A stretch of 64,000 nucleotides of DNA from Octopus sinensis (GCF_006345805.1 NC_043002.1:14632001-14696000); one strand, 5' to 3'; counted from the first letter of the stretch, positions 24,898-39,068 are shown. Numbers and translations are program-made. Notes: generated from the letters alone by a model not told the origin.

Positions 24898-25534
24898 GTG
24901 TGTGTGTGTGTATGTATGTATATATTATATACATGCATATACACGCACACGCACATGCCCTGACCTACAGACACAAACACACTTATTAAAATACCTATGC
25001 ATGCACATATACCGCTCTCCATACAGTAGCACACCTTGGGTTTCTATAGATATTGTCCTTTGCTATACGAATGAAAATGTGTAACTCGTAAGTGCTAACG
25101 TGACATGATATTACTTGCTGAGCACCGGAAATAAGGTTGCGAAATGAATGCGTATCACACGACTTTACAAATTAACATGAATATATGTTGAAAGCAGACA
25201 TACATTCGCCAAATATCTTACTCCCTGTTGCCCTGTCGACCTGTATCTTAAATTTAAAACACTATTAAATATACACAGCATTATTGTAGGAAAAGCCTCC
25301 CTTTCATTTCCCTAGTGTTCCTCTGCGGATATTAGTGTTGGATATAATTAGTCGTACTAACTTAGTGTCCGTATATTGTAATTGCTGGTGTTACTTCACA
25401 AATGTGAAGGTCCCAATTTTATGGGCCACAAAATATAGTGGTGATCATAAATTTAAAAGCACTAATAATTAAGAAATAATTACATAAATAAATATATTAC
25501 ATAATATAAACAGATAAATATGGCAGATAATCCA

Positions 25535-26800
25535 TTTCTATCCTATGACGACAGATTCTATGTTCTCAGCGATGGGAGCACATGTGACCCAGCAGTCTAG
25601 ACATGGACTCCGCTGTCTAGAGATGGCGCTCACAGGTGTCACAGCGATAGTTTGTTGACTTGACTGCGGCAGATGCTTCCTTGAGACATCTTTATCTTGC
25701 TGATTCAGGACGCTTTTCGAAGGCAGCTGTTGCTTGTGAGATGAGAGACCTCTACGCTGATGTGTCTTCGGCAGGGTCTTTGAGTTCACGTCGTCTAATA
25801 CGGCTCTGTGTGAGGTTGCTTTTCATGGTATCTGTGAACCTCCATTTAGGTCAACGTCGTTTGCGTGATTCCTGCGTGAGCCTTACGTGGGACTTCCGTG
25901 AGCCCTCCGTACAGTAACTGTCTGGATACACGGTTGCCAGCCATTCTGATGACATGGTCAGTCCAGCGTAACTGCGACTTGGTGAACAAGCCCTGTCCGG
26001 TACTTCTTGGTTTGTCACACTCTCCTGCCCATGATCCTGCGCAGTGATCTTGTGCGAAATAGTTTGATGTGCCGACGGATTTGGGGGCCATGTTTGCCAT
26101 CCATATATTAATGAAGAAATGACTATTGCCTCTTAGATTTTGAGCTTTGTCAATAGACTTATGCTTTTCTGCCGGAGTACTTTCACTCTTCCAAAGTGCC
26201 TGGATGGCGTTGTGGAATCTGGATTATATTTCGCAGTTTAATGATCCATTGGATGAGATTGTGCTGCCAAGATACCTAAAACTCTCCACACACTTAATCT
26301 GAACTCCCTCAATGGTGATGTTTGGCTGGGTGAGGATTGTGTGCGGGGCTGCTTGGCGGCTGTTGGTCAATCTTAGACGATTTAACACTTCTGAAAAGTG
26401 ATCCGCTATGGTCCGCAGGTGATTTTCTTGTGTACCACAAGGGCACAATCATCTATATGTTTAGGTCCTTATGTCTAGATCGATGATGGTACGTATGTTC
26501 CACGTACGAATAATTTGGTTATTTTTTCAGTTTTAATCGATCGCACATGGGTAATTCTGTCAGCCGCATTTAGCTGGCCAGAATTGTTTGGAACACGCTT
26601 TCTTTAGGAGTCCAAATATGGCTGCCATAGAAAATAACTGGATTTTCTCAAACACCGTCCGGTTTCTACGTTCATTGCGAATGTGTAAATATTCCATTAC
26701 CATGTCCAAATGATGCGGGGATCGAGTTCCTAAATCCTTGATAGACACATGCAACGACTGAGCCCACTTTTAGCTTTTCCTTGATCAGTGATTTATGAAA
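25535..26800 (-). mobile_element. Internally deleted RTE-clade LINE (5' region, endonuclease start, RT C-terminal half, zinc-finger tail)
   Basis: TWNIRT (APE start) abuts IDDCALVVH (YADD remnant); then IKCVESFRYLGSTIS, TKLKI*EAIVISSLIYG and KSQLRWTDHVIRM..RQLLYGGL. The 5' boundary is approximate. Confidence 0.8.
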
Positions 26801-26867
26801 CTCTATTTGGATCTTCCTCTAAGGACATGAAAATCCATAATTCTTTCATCAATGTCATAATATGGTT

Positions 26868-27345
26868 TTAAAATACAAGTTCGCTCCGATTTCACTCTAG
26901 AGAGTCTTATGCAGTATATGCATCTTTCTCCGGATATCTGACGTTCACTATAATTCAGTTTGAGTGTGGTATACATTTCCATTGAAGGAAAGATCCGTAC
27001 GATTTTACAGTGTGGGGAGTTGTAATACTTTCCGTTCCATCAGCTAAATCCCGCAAGTTTGACTCTAAGTCCACCTGCCAGGGGCCCCGTGTATATGTAT
27101 ATGATATTTGTGTGCATGTGTAAATATATATAAACACGCATGCACACACACATATATATATATATATACATACGCATACACTCACATATACACACACAAA
27201 CAAAAAACACTCATATATTCATACAAACCGAGACGCATGATTAACAAATGTTTAGAATATGATTGTTAGGTGTAACCCTAGCTGCATCTATGTTTCTCTG
27301 CTCTGGTGTAAATCTGTCGCTTTGAGACTCCATGATACTTTGTGA
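26868..27345. repeat. Unclassified dispersed repeat with an internal microsatellite (second copy 34546-35320)
   Basis: aaaatacaagttcgctccgatttcact..tgtggggagttgtaatactttccgttccatca..[microsatellite]..aacaaatgtttagaatatgatt..gtaaatctgtcgctttgagactccatgat at both loci. Confidence 0.8.
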
Positions 27346-27679
27346 CTAATTTAATAAATAGGTATGCTTGCATTCCTTTCAGATTAGTTCGGGTAAATGT
27401 ATAACAGAATATCATACATGTGTACTTATGTCCGTATGAAAGAATGAGAGACAAATTGTGCGTGATATTTACACAGAGGTGGATAGCAAATGAGAGAAAG
27501 AGAGAGTGAGAGACAGAGGAGGGAGTTAGAATGAATTATACTCTTTGAAGTTATATGAATATAAATACAAATAAATATTCAAATTCATATATTCATATTT
27601 AAAGTGTGTAATAACTTTTTTTGTAATTTGTAATATATTTTATTCATTTTATTTTACAAATACTTTCCTGCATTCGTAA

Positions 27680-27719
<40 letters not shown>

Positions 27720-28030
27720 CTCCTCGTCAGGAAGATCTTAGAGTTTTATTCCAAATATTTGATTCCATTTATCTTGATGATTCAGATTCTTATTGTTGTT
27801 CTTTACATTTGTTTTTCGAATTTGTTAAAAAACTTTTCTCTGAGTATTCGTAGATGTTTTGAAAAAAAAAAGGATAATAACCTCGTTGATTTTGACATTG
27901 ATGTTTTAATCTGATTTCGCATAATACAGAGTGGAAGATAAAACGATAACTACTTTTGATTTGAATAACGTAATGAGGCATTATTCTTCTATACTTCTTT
28001 TGGGGACTTATAACGAAATTAAACTCTTTC
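27720..28030 (-). mobile_element. Probable Penelope-like GIY-YIG C-terminal remnant
   Basis: Frameshifted ASLRYSN..C..NQIK..PFF..ESKYLE*NSK resembles ..LSEHLD.C...F.I.PF....KE..FI.K..P.LN; followed by a half hammerhead core (CUGACGA) cut off by (TA)n. Confidence 0.4.
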
Positions 28031-29016
28031 ATCAGTTGCAGATCTTTTTAGTCTTTGATGTGTTTTACAGAGTAAATTATGGAAACAGACATTAATCAAG
28101 GATATTATTATTTTTTTTTAATAGAATCCATAAAATTTACTTCTTTTGCTTCCACATTCTGGCCTAAAATGAATACAAATTGTCTAAAATCGAATATCAC
28201 GGCACATACATTCACTTAAATGCACACGAGCACAAACTAATACACACATTCACACACACACATATACATTATATGTATATACACACAAACATATATATAG
28301 GTGCGCATACACATGCACATATTCATATGGGTGTGTCTGATTGAAGTCAGTTTCGTAACAAAGTTATACACCATTGACTATTGCTAGTAAAATGCAGTAA
28401 TGGTGCATTAACATCTGTCACCAAATGTTTTAGAAGGATATTTTTGGAATAATGAGCACATGGTTCGATAACGCTCGAGGTTATCTCGGCAGAAGTCTTT
28501 TCCTAAAGACTGTCGTCACCCAAGGAGATTTGCTGTAAATTTGTATGCTCATGTTTGTATATACAAGTAATAAAAAGGATCTACTTTGTTATACGTACTT
28601 GATTAAACACTTGGGAGGCGCAACATTTTAATCAACTAACAGTAGATTTATATTTGTAAATCTCAAATGCTCTAAATGCATGCCTCACTAAAGATAGTCA
28701 AATAAATGTTATCTAAACATCTAGATAAATATATATGCTTAGATGTATAAAAATATTGGAAACGTACTTCTTTGAAACATGTGAGTAGATGTAACATCTT
28801 ATACGGCTGTCATCTGTGATAACCGCCCCAGCATGGCCGCGGCCTTCGGGCTAAAACATTTTAAGGATTAAGGATAATTTAACAGATCTTCCATTTAAGG
28901 ATATTTTCACACCACCATTTTCGGAGCTGAAACAGTGTCTATGGACACTGACGTCAGTACTGACAATATGATAATATAAGAATTTGTATGTTCCTGTTTA
29001 TATGTATGTATATCTA

Positions 29017-29100
<84 letters not shown>

Positions 29101-29113
29101 CATCTCTCTCTCT

Positions 29114-29180
<67 letters not shown>

Positions 29181-29344
29181 AAATCAAATTGCGATAAAAT
29201 AAAAATAATTATAACCGCTGGTATTACTAACACAAGCCATATATTTTTCATATATCAGTACATTAAGGCGAAATATGTGCTAGGAATACAGAAGCTTGAT
29301 AAATTAAGTGAAATGAAGATAAAAACAGTTACTAAATCGGTAAT

Positions 29345-29416
29345 TCTCAGACTGCAGTTTCTTTCTTTTCAGCAATAAAGATAATTTATTTGCTCAGGGA
29401 GAATTCTTCAGTGAGA
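29345..29416 (-). ncRNA. Type I hammerhead ribozyme motif, unit 1; predicted cleavage GUC|UGAGA at 29350/29349
   Basis: Minus strand: UCUCA-CUGAAGA-A-UUCU..AGCAAAUAAA(UUAUC)UUUAUUGCU..AGAA-A-GAAAC-UGCA-GUC-UGAGA; stem I UCUCA/UGAGA; stem III ACUGCAGU is self-complementary. Confidence 0.7.
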
Positions 29417-29740
29417 CCCTGTCTTTCTGGGATCCTAACTCACTAGAAGCATGTGCTTCTAATGATTTACTCTCCCTAACTAATCATATCACTGCGCAGA
29501 CTCCGAACGTCCCGACAAAACTAGGGAATTCTGGTATATCGCCTGGCGCTCGTAATTTATCGAGAAATATGTAAACAAATCAAATTGCGATAAAATAAAA
29601 ATAATTATAATCGCTGGTATTACTAACACAAGCCATATATTTTTCATATATCAGTACATTAAGGCGAAATATGTGCTAGGAATACAGAAGCTTGATAAAT
29701 TAAGTGAAATGAAGATAAAAACATTTACTAAACCGGTAAT

Positions 29741-29812
29741 TCTCAGACTGCAGTTTCTTTCTTTTCATCAATAAAGATAATTTATTTGCTCAGGGAGAAT
29801 TCTTCAGTGAGA
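29741..29812 (-). ncRNA. Type I hammerhead ribozyme motif, unit 2; predicted cleavage at 29746/29745
   Basis: Identical to unit 1 except one substitution in distal stem II. Confidence 0.7.
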
Positions 29813-30010
29813 CCCTGTCTTTCTGGGATCCTAACTCACTAGAAGCATGTGCTTCTAATGATTTACTCTCCCTAACTAATCATATCACTGCGCAGACTCC
29901 GAACGTCCCGACAAAACTAGGGAATTCTGGTATATCGCCTGGCGCTCGTAATTTATCGAGAAATATGTAAACAATCAAATTGCGATAAAATAAAAATAAT
30001 TATAATCGCT

Positions 30011-30091
<81 letters not shown>

Positions 30092-30134
30092 ACGCAAAAA
30101 TTTATACGTATCCACAGATCTTAGATCTGGAAAA

Positions 30135-30490
30135 GATCTGCGGTCTTTCAGTTACATTTATTTCATCTATTACCATACACTGTGGGATTTTCAATTATTT
30201 TCCACTTAATCGTTTGCGATGTTGCGTTAGATTTCAAACTCCATACGTAGCTAGCAACTTAGTATCTCTACTTTTGTCCTTATGTCAGAAAGAAACCATG
30301 TGATTAGCATAGCGTTATTTAACTTTTCCTTCACATAACTTATAGTGTACGACTTTCTGTCGGTTGTACTACCATTTAAACTTGAATTAACTTCTGCCTC
30401 GCATATTACAGATTTAATTATACATTGCTGTTCAAGTGGACAGAATCCCGTATCTCGACAGTTACATCTGGAAGTAGGCAATAATGATAA
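30135..30490 (-). mobile_element. Penelope-like element GIY-YIG endonuclease remnant
   Basis: CNCRDTGFCPLEQQCIIKSVICEAEV..KSY, then frameshifted RYANHMVSF*HKDKSRDTKLL and ASYVWSLK..IKWKII..KCN; matches the CNCR..CPL..C / RY.NH..SF / YIW.LK..I.W.I pattern of Penelope-like endonucleases. Confidence 0.75.
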
Positions 30491-30494
30491 TGCA

Positions 30495-30570
30495 TCCTAT
30501 GACAAGACCTATACTTGATTGTATGAATGACAAGTTAAAAATCGCTATGCTAAATACATAGCGTTACTCT
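30495..30570 (+). mobile_element. Inverted Penelope GIY-YIG fragment
   Basis: DKTYT*LYE*QVKNRYAKYIAL parallels the minus-strand KSY..VK*RYANH segment. Confidence 0.45.
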
Positions 30571-31242
30571 TATATAGCTCACTACTGAATTCTCAGTCTG
30601 AAGCATTCAACGACTGTAAGCATATATTGAGTTCCTTTTAAAGACTTGGAAAATTCCACTTGCACCAGATTAACTTGTCAATATATTATCCAGTCTCCTA
30701 ATTTAAGTTGTCAGCGAGATAACTCTTTTACATTTTTACTTATTTCTGATGAATTTTTCCGTTTCTCTTTATTTTACCTTTTTCCGTTTTTTTTTTCTAA
30801 CCACTACGCTTTCCATATGTTTCCTTCTCGGTCTTTCGCGTTCCGTGCATCATTCAATTTTCTGTTCGGTGTACTATGTTTTTCTTGCCTGATGACTGCG
30901 TGGCGATGTTACACAGGCTATAAATCATTATTTGGCATTATTTGGTAAGAATTAGTAGTACATAAGAACATGTTCTGTGTCTATTAAATTATATCTATCT
31001 CTTACTAGAGGGAGTACTATTTTTGTGCTTCTTACCATCACGAAACGGTACCTTATTTATGTATATATATATATAATCTTTTATTTCAATAGCTGCGAGG
31101 AAGTCAAATTTCGTTCATGCTCTCAGTTGCAAGTACAGTTTTCTTTTAGCAAAAACACCTGGACTCAAAAGATGAAAGTGATCACCTAAAAGCAGTTTCG
31201 TTTGGTTTTTTTCCAGTCTTTAATCAGTATTAAAGTCAATGT

Positions 31243-31655
31243 AAGTTGGTGAGCTGGATGGAACGTTAGCACGCCGGGCGAAATGCTTAGCGGTATTTCG
31301 TCTGTTTTTACGCTCTCAATTCAAATTCCGCCGATGATGACTTTGCTTTTCATCCTTTCGGAGTCGATAAAATAAGTACCTGTTACGCACTGGGGTCGAT
31401 GTAATTAACTTAATCCTTTTGTCTGTACTTGTTTATCCTCTCTGTGTTTAGCCCCTTCTGGGTAGTAGTAGTAGTAAAGAAACTGGTATTTCGTCTGTAT
31501 TTACGTTCTGAGTTCAAATCTCGCTGAGGCTGACTTTGCCTTTCATCCTTTCGAGGTCGGTGAAGTAAGTACCAGTTGTGTTCTGGTTTTGATGCAATCG
31601 ACTCGCCCCTCCCCCAAAATTTCAGGCTGTGTGCCTAGAATAAAAGCGAATATTT
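31243..31655 (+). mobile_element. SINE family B dimer
   Basis: Head gagctgg..gttagcacgccgggcgaaatgcttagcggtatttcg; second core joined via gtaaagaaact|ggtatttcgtctg. Confidence 0.85.
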
Positions 31656-31974
31656 TGCTGTGTACTCACTTGATACATTAGTCTAGAGCATAAGTGTATT
31701 CAGTTCTAACACATTCTAATTATTATCCTTATGCCTCGTCCTCGGCAAAACCATTAAATATATATTAAATGGCAGATTTGATAAAGCCTAGCGAGTTATT
31801 TTTAAAACTATTCTCCTAGCTGTGCTTGTTGCACTGTTATAAGTCGAACGTATTATTCATGGGCTGTTCTTCAATTTGATTCTATTAAATTTTTCCTACA
31901 TAACATGATGATATTTCTATAAGATTTTCTGACTTCTTGTTTAAAAAAATATTTCTGATGTATTTGTACCTATA

Positions 31975-32158
31975 ATCATTTGACTGTGGCCATGCTGGAG
32001 CACCGCATTTAATCGAGCAAATCGACCGCAAGACTTATTCTTTGTAAGACTATTACTTATTCTATCGGCTCTTTTGCTGAACTGCTAAGTAACGGGGCCG
32101 TAAACACACCAGCATCAAGCGATGTTGGGGGGACAAACACAGACACACAAACACACTC
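31975..32158 (-). mobile_element. SINE family A, 3' half
   Basis: catttgactgtggccatgctggagcaccgc..gacttattctttgtaag..ggggggacaaacacagacacac. Confidence 0.8.
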
Positions 32159-33304
32159 ATATTAAAGTTAGAGTTTTAATGAAATGACCGAGATACACAG
32201 GACAGTTTCTGATGCCCCAAATACCAATGACAGCAACCGCAGGATATATTTTCCATTCTAAACGTCAATGAACAAATGGAATATTCTTGAAATCTGTTGA
32301 TCAGCAAATATTCACAAACATATCTCTCATATCTATATCTAGTTCCACAGAGAAATCAATCTTACATTCGGGTACGTATTTGAATCGATATATATATATT
32401 GTAAAGACTAACCCATTCTCATTGCTATAGGCTGGCCGGAATCAGACATGGCATAATCAATACTACTTTTCAATAAATGAGTATTCGTTTCTGTCTCAGA
32501 ACATAATTCCCAGCGGGTTACTTATGACTAAAAATAATAGCGTATATAATAGTGCAGATGTATATTCTAAGCTTGTTGATACTTTAGCTTCATGTCTGTT
32601 ACATGTCAATGCGAAATTAACTTTACTTATATTCCATTTCGTTTTGCCAAAGTCATGAATATATTCCAATTTCGTTTATGTCTAATTCTCAGTGCTTCGG
32701 GCTATAAGCGAAATACGAATGGCCGAAAAGTAACACCCACAAACATATGTCTTCATGTCTGCACACATATAGATGTATGTGTGTGTGTATAGCGTGTGCG
32801 ATTCTCTGTGTGGGTGTTTTTGTGTATGTGTATGTTTTTGCATAGATAACTTTTGTGTGACTCATATACTGTGAAGGCACATATAAAATATCAAGTTAAA
32901 TAAAATGTAACGCTAAAAGACGCAGTTATTCAACATCGTAAGCCTGTGTATTACAAGGGCTATATTACAGTCTTTTTTGACGGCAATTTGTATCATTAAC
33001 ATATCCCAATAGTCACCACCTCATATCCATTACAACAAAACCATGTTTCTTAAATGAGATTGAAGGATACTTCTCATATCGCATCAGGTGCAAACAAAAT
33101 GGTTCTTCAGAAAACGGGGAATGGTAACCCAAATTTTGAATGGGGGTAAAATAACCCAAAAGTACCTATATCCATATATGCATATGTATTGGCATATTTA
33201 AATATGCATACTGTATATGTATGCGTATATATATATATACGCATACTCTATATGTATACATATATATATCTATATCTATATATATGCATACTTTATATCT
33301 ATGC

Positions 33305-33351
<47 letters not shown>

Positions 33352-34545
33352 AGGGGGTTTAGTTCTCGGGTTCTAAACGATTAGGTACGCTAGGTGAGTG
33401 CTGTAAGAGAGTAGTAGGGCTCCAACGTTATAACCGAGACGATAGTTATGGGGGGCCTAGCAAGTTTCTGATGCATCGAATATATAATTGATAAAGAGGG
33501 CAACCAACGTTCAGGCAAGGCAAACATCTCAAAGTTGTATACAATATTATAATTGGAAAATATTTTAAGTCGTACAGCTGTTTCTGAAATATCTCTGAAT
33601 ATGGGATATTCCATCATCAGAGACAAATTGAGAAAATATGGAAAAAAGAGAATGGTACACATTAATGAGATGACTACACAGAAGAAGTGATTAAAGGAAT
33701 TAGGAAATAGAGAGAGAGGAGAGAAAAAAAAAAGGTATAAAAGTCTATAATTTAGCTTCATGATATAGAAACAAGAGCTTAAGTCCTTAGGTGATATCCT
33801 GAATTTATCCTGCGTAGATTCATGTGGGTTAAGTTCTTGATGTGGTAGGATCCATAGAGAAAAAGGGACATAAACATCTCAACGTTCAATCGCAAATTAG
33901 TAGATTGCTTTCAAGTTGTAAGAGAAAATAAAATAAATAAATAAATAAATAATTGAATAAATGGAGAGAGAGGTAAAAAGAGTTAGATAGAGTGAAGGAG
34001 GGAGAATTTAAGGATTTGCTTAAGGATAAATAATGTATCTTTGTATGGTGTCTAAGAAATTTGATCGGAGTAGCCGAAAGGATAAGAGAGAGGAAGGGGA
34101 GGTGGCGGAAAATATGGTAAAGGGATAGAGAAATTAAAGAGTATTGATTATCAAAGTTTGCTGAGGAGGGGAATCAGTAATAATGGCCAATGGCCATTTT
34201 GGCTAAGATCAGTGGTTGCAGAGTTATTTTTAGAACAGTGTTATAGGTGTGTAGGGAGTCGAGAATGGAGGAGGTAAAAGAATGTAGAATTATTTATGAG
34301 TTGGAGTAAGATATATATATTAGTGTAGTTATATTAGGAGATTTTTTACATTAAATTTTTAAATAAAATTAAGGAAAATTAAGGATAAAGTAAGGAATTA
34401 ATATTTATTTTATAAAGTGGTGAAGTAAGGCAGGAATAAGAGATATAGAAGTATAGGAGAAATATAGCAGATATATAGGGGTATGCGATAATGACCCTAG
34501 GTGTTTGTGTGCGTGCGTGCTATTCGTTTGTTGTGTGTGCTATTT

Positions 34546-34853
34546 GTAAAATACAAGTTCGCTCCGATTTCACTGTAGAGAGAATTAAACACTATATGCA
34601 TCTTTCTCCGGATATCTAACGTTCACTATAATTCATTTTGAGTGTTGTATACATTTCCATTGAAGGAAAAATACGTACGATTTTACAGTGTGGGGAGTTG
34701 TAATACTTTCCGTTCCATCAACTGAATCCCACAAATTTGACTCTAAGCACCAGTCATTCTTTAAGTCCGCCTGCCGGGGGCCCCGTGGTGTAAGTCTATA
34801 TGGTATTTGTGTGCATGTGTAAATATGTATGAACACGCATACACACACACACA

Positions 34854-34921
<68 letters not shown>

Positions 34922-35344
34922 CGCATACACAAACATACACACACGCAAACAAAGACACTCATATATTCATACACACCGATACGCATTTTTAACAAATGTT
35001 TAGAATATGATTTTTAGGTATACCCCTAGCTGCATCTATATTTTTCCACTCTGGTGTAAATCTGTCGCTTTGAGACTCCATGATAAATTGTGACATGGCT
35101 CTGGCCATGGTTAAAATATACAGGTATCTTGACATGTTCAACAAACCATAACGCCTAAACCAAACACCAATCAACTTCAGAAATTTAGTAAGATCACAGA
35201 CGGATTGGTCGGAATGCAATTTCCAAAAAATTATATTCTGGAGTCTATACAAATGTATTTAAGGCACACAGTTTAGCCATCTCACTACAGTTGTAAATTG
35301 TAAAACATAACTGTCACCAATATATATATTATATATATATATAT

Positions 35345-35375
<31 letters not shown>

Positions 35376-36015
35376 AAATATATATATACAAATATATATA
35401 TATATAATATATATATATATATATGTATATATAATTATTTATATTATACATACATATATATATGCAGCTAGATATATATATATATATATGTATATATAAT
35501 TATTTATATTATACATACATATATATATGCAGCTAGATATATATATATATATGTATATATAATTATTTATATTATACATACATATATATATGCAGCTAGA
35601 TATATATATATATAATACGCATACACAAACATACACACACGCAAACAAAGACACTCATATATTCATACACACCGATACGCATTTTTAACAAATGTTTAGA
35701 ATATGATTTTTAGGTATACCCCTAGCTGCATCTATATTTTTCCACTCTGGTGTAAATCTGTCGCTTTGAGACTCCATGATAAATTGTGACATGGCTCTGG
35801 CCATGGTTAAAATATACAGGTATCTTGACATGTTCAACAAACCATAACGCCTAAACCAAACACCAATCAACTTCAGAAATTTAGTAAGATCACACACGGA
35901 TTGGTCGGAATGCAATTTCCAAAAAATTATATTCTGGAGTCTATACAATGTATTTAAGGCACACAGTTTAGCCATCTCACTACAGTTGTAAATTGTAAAA
36001 CATAACTGTCACCAA
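34546..36015. repeat. Second copy of the unclassified repeat, with a local duplication of about 400 bp (34919-35320, 35615-36015) and a roughly 58-bp AT-rich minisatellite between
   Basis: Identical ORF tails at 34989..35252 and 35685..35975; gcagctagatata repeats at 35463, 35529, 35593 and 36141. Confidence 0.85.
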
Positions 36016-36036
36016 TAATATATTATATTATATATA

Positions 36037-36093
<57 letters not shown>

Positions 36094-36148
36094 ATATATA
36101 TGTATATATAATTATTTATATTATACATACATATATATATGCAGCTAG

Positions 36149-36182
<34 letters not shown>

Positions 36183-36201
36183 AATATATATATATATAAT
36201 A

Positions 36202-36284
<83 letters not shown>

Positions 36285-36299
36285 GAGAGAGAGAAAGAG

Positions 36300-36373
36300 A
36301 TAGATAGATATATAGATAGACAAATAGACATACATACAGGCAGACACACAAACAGACAGACATACAAACACAC

Positions 36374-36452
<79 letters not shown>

Positions 36453-36485
36453 GATAGATAGATAGATATATAGATAGATGGATAT

Positions 36486-36527
<42 letters not shown>

Positions 36528-36551
36528 GGATAGATAGATAGATAGACAGAT

Positions 36552-36634
<83 letters not shown>

Positions 36635-36647
36635 TAGATAGATAGAT

Positions 36648-36708
<61 letters not shown>

Positions 36709-36710
36709 CA
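36300..36710. repeat. (GATA)n/(GACA)n microsatellite
   Basis: Directly visible. Confidence 0.95.
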
Positions 36711-36935
36711 GAGAGACACAAGTAATAGATTGTTCCATAGCTTAATACAAACACAGGAAGATATAGAATAAGAAAGAGAGCTTTAATCTATAAAACGCCT
36801 GACAATTCAGTTACATCTTTTATGAAGTAATATCAGAAATGAAATATATATATTCTCCAATTTCTTCACACACACCCGTACTTCTGCTACATGTACACGT
36901 ATTAATGTACACACAAATGTACATGAATACATATA

Positions 36936-36973
<38 letters not shown>

Positions 36974-38527
36974 CGTAACTCTGAGCATGTTTGTGTGTGT
37001 GTGTATTTATATGTGTGTGCATAAGTATAAAACCAGCTTAAAGTTAGGTATATTGAAGCCTGTATGAATTCATAACACGAAAGTTCTAAATGCCAAAACA
37101 CTCCGAGCAAAATATTATTAGTTTTGACCAGGCCTCATCTCCAAGCCTAGGTTTATGAATACGCTGCTGATTAGAACATTGAAGCCTTAATTGTTTAATA
37201 CGTTTATAAGAACAGCAACACACTTAGTAATAATACAAATAACAAAAATACTGGCAATGTAGCATCTGCGACTTTTCCCTGCGTGTGCAATTTTCAATAT
37301 GTGTAAATATTCTATTGAAAGCATGGAAAGGTCAAAGATTGTAGTGCAAGATCTTCGTTTAAAACGTTGCAAATATTGTGTCAATGAAGTATCATTCTAT
37401 CTGATATCAATAAATCGATATTATGTATCTTGTGTTTATTCTGAGCTCGAATAAAAACATAATGAGATAAAACCGATATTGCAATTTGTCAACTAGAAAT
37501 TTCATTTCTGTTGGTGTAAATGTAACCTAGATTTCTCTTCCAGCTCTTGCTTAGGTTGTTTCTCATTGCTTTTTTTAAAATTACAAGCTTGTATCAATGC
37601 TAGGTCACATGCACATAATTTGTGCAGTTTAGCTTGTACGTGCAACGTTCAAACTCTTTACAGTTCGATTTTGCATTTCATGGGTCGTGTTTCTATATAA
37701 ACAGTCACGGAATATATTGTAATTTAATAACGTTTTACTAAATGATTTTACTCACACCGGCTGTAACTCAAATTATTTTTCATGCAAAATGGATAGTTGA
37801 TTAGAATTCTTTTCAACTAGTTGTAGAGACGATTGCAGAGGCTCTGGTCACTGATGCCAGTTAGTGCCATCAACAGAAAGGCTTTGTAATAATTCGAAAT
37901 CATCTCTTAATCATACTGGAAATCCTTCAAATATCCAAATAAATCATCTCACTGAAATTCATAAGCTGCTATATTTACCGCGTATTATTTCACTTAGCAT
38001 TGGTTTCAGGTCTTGCAGTTAAACACATTTTTAAACCCATGTGTTTGCGCCTATATTGGCATCTAATACAAACTAGATAAATAAATCAGAAAAAAAGACA
38101 ATTAGGAGCTGTTTAAGTGTCCGATTTCTCTGAAGAGCTTGCGTTATTGTCGTTGCTTATTCTGATGGTTTAATTATACTCACATGAGTAAACGATGTAA
38201 ATAAGGTCAACGGGGATTCTATAACGGAAATGCAAAACATGTATATTATTCAACTTATGATGTGAAACGTATTTTTACAATCAAATGCTTTTATGTAGTT
38301 TATACACGCGTTGCTTGTTACAGTCATAATGAAAATAGATATTCAGATATTTCAGAAGTTGATGAGAATGATGATATTCAAATATTTATTTTTGCAAAGA
38401 GTTTATGGATATTACTAAAATTTGACCAGAGGTTTTGAATTCATATATATATAAATGTGTGTGTGTGTCTGTGCGTCTGTATGTGTGTGTATGTGTGTGT
38501 GTGTGTGGGTGTGTGTGTGTGCGTATA

Positions 38528-39003
<476 letters not shown>

Positions 39004-39068
39004 TATATATATATACATATACATATATATATATATGTATATATGTATGTATGCATGTATGTATGCAC

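Larger units (their letters stand above)
29177..30014 (-). repeat. 396-bp non-coding tandem repeat (2 units plus 46 bp), one hammerhead per unit; retrozyme-like
   Basis: Unit starts at 29177, 29573 and 29969; about 4 substitutions between units; no ORF of 60 aa or more in the track; flanked by (TA)n on both sides. Confidence 0.9.

Noticed and set aside
30880-30925. CUGAUGA box with a short stem
   Set aside because: The GAAA box is absent (GUUA) and stem I barely pairs; at most a dead relic.
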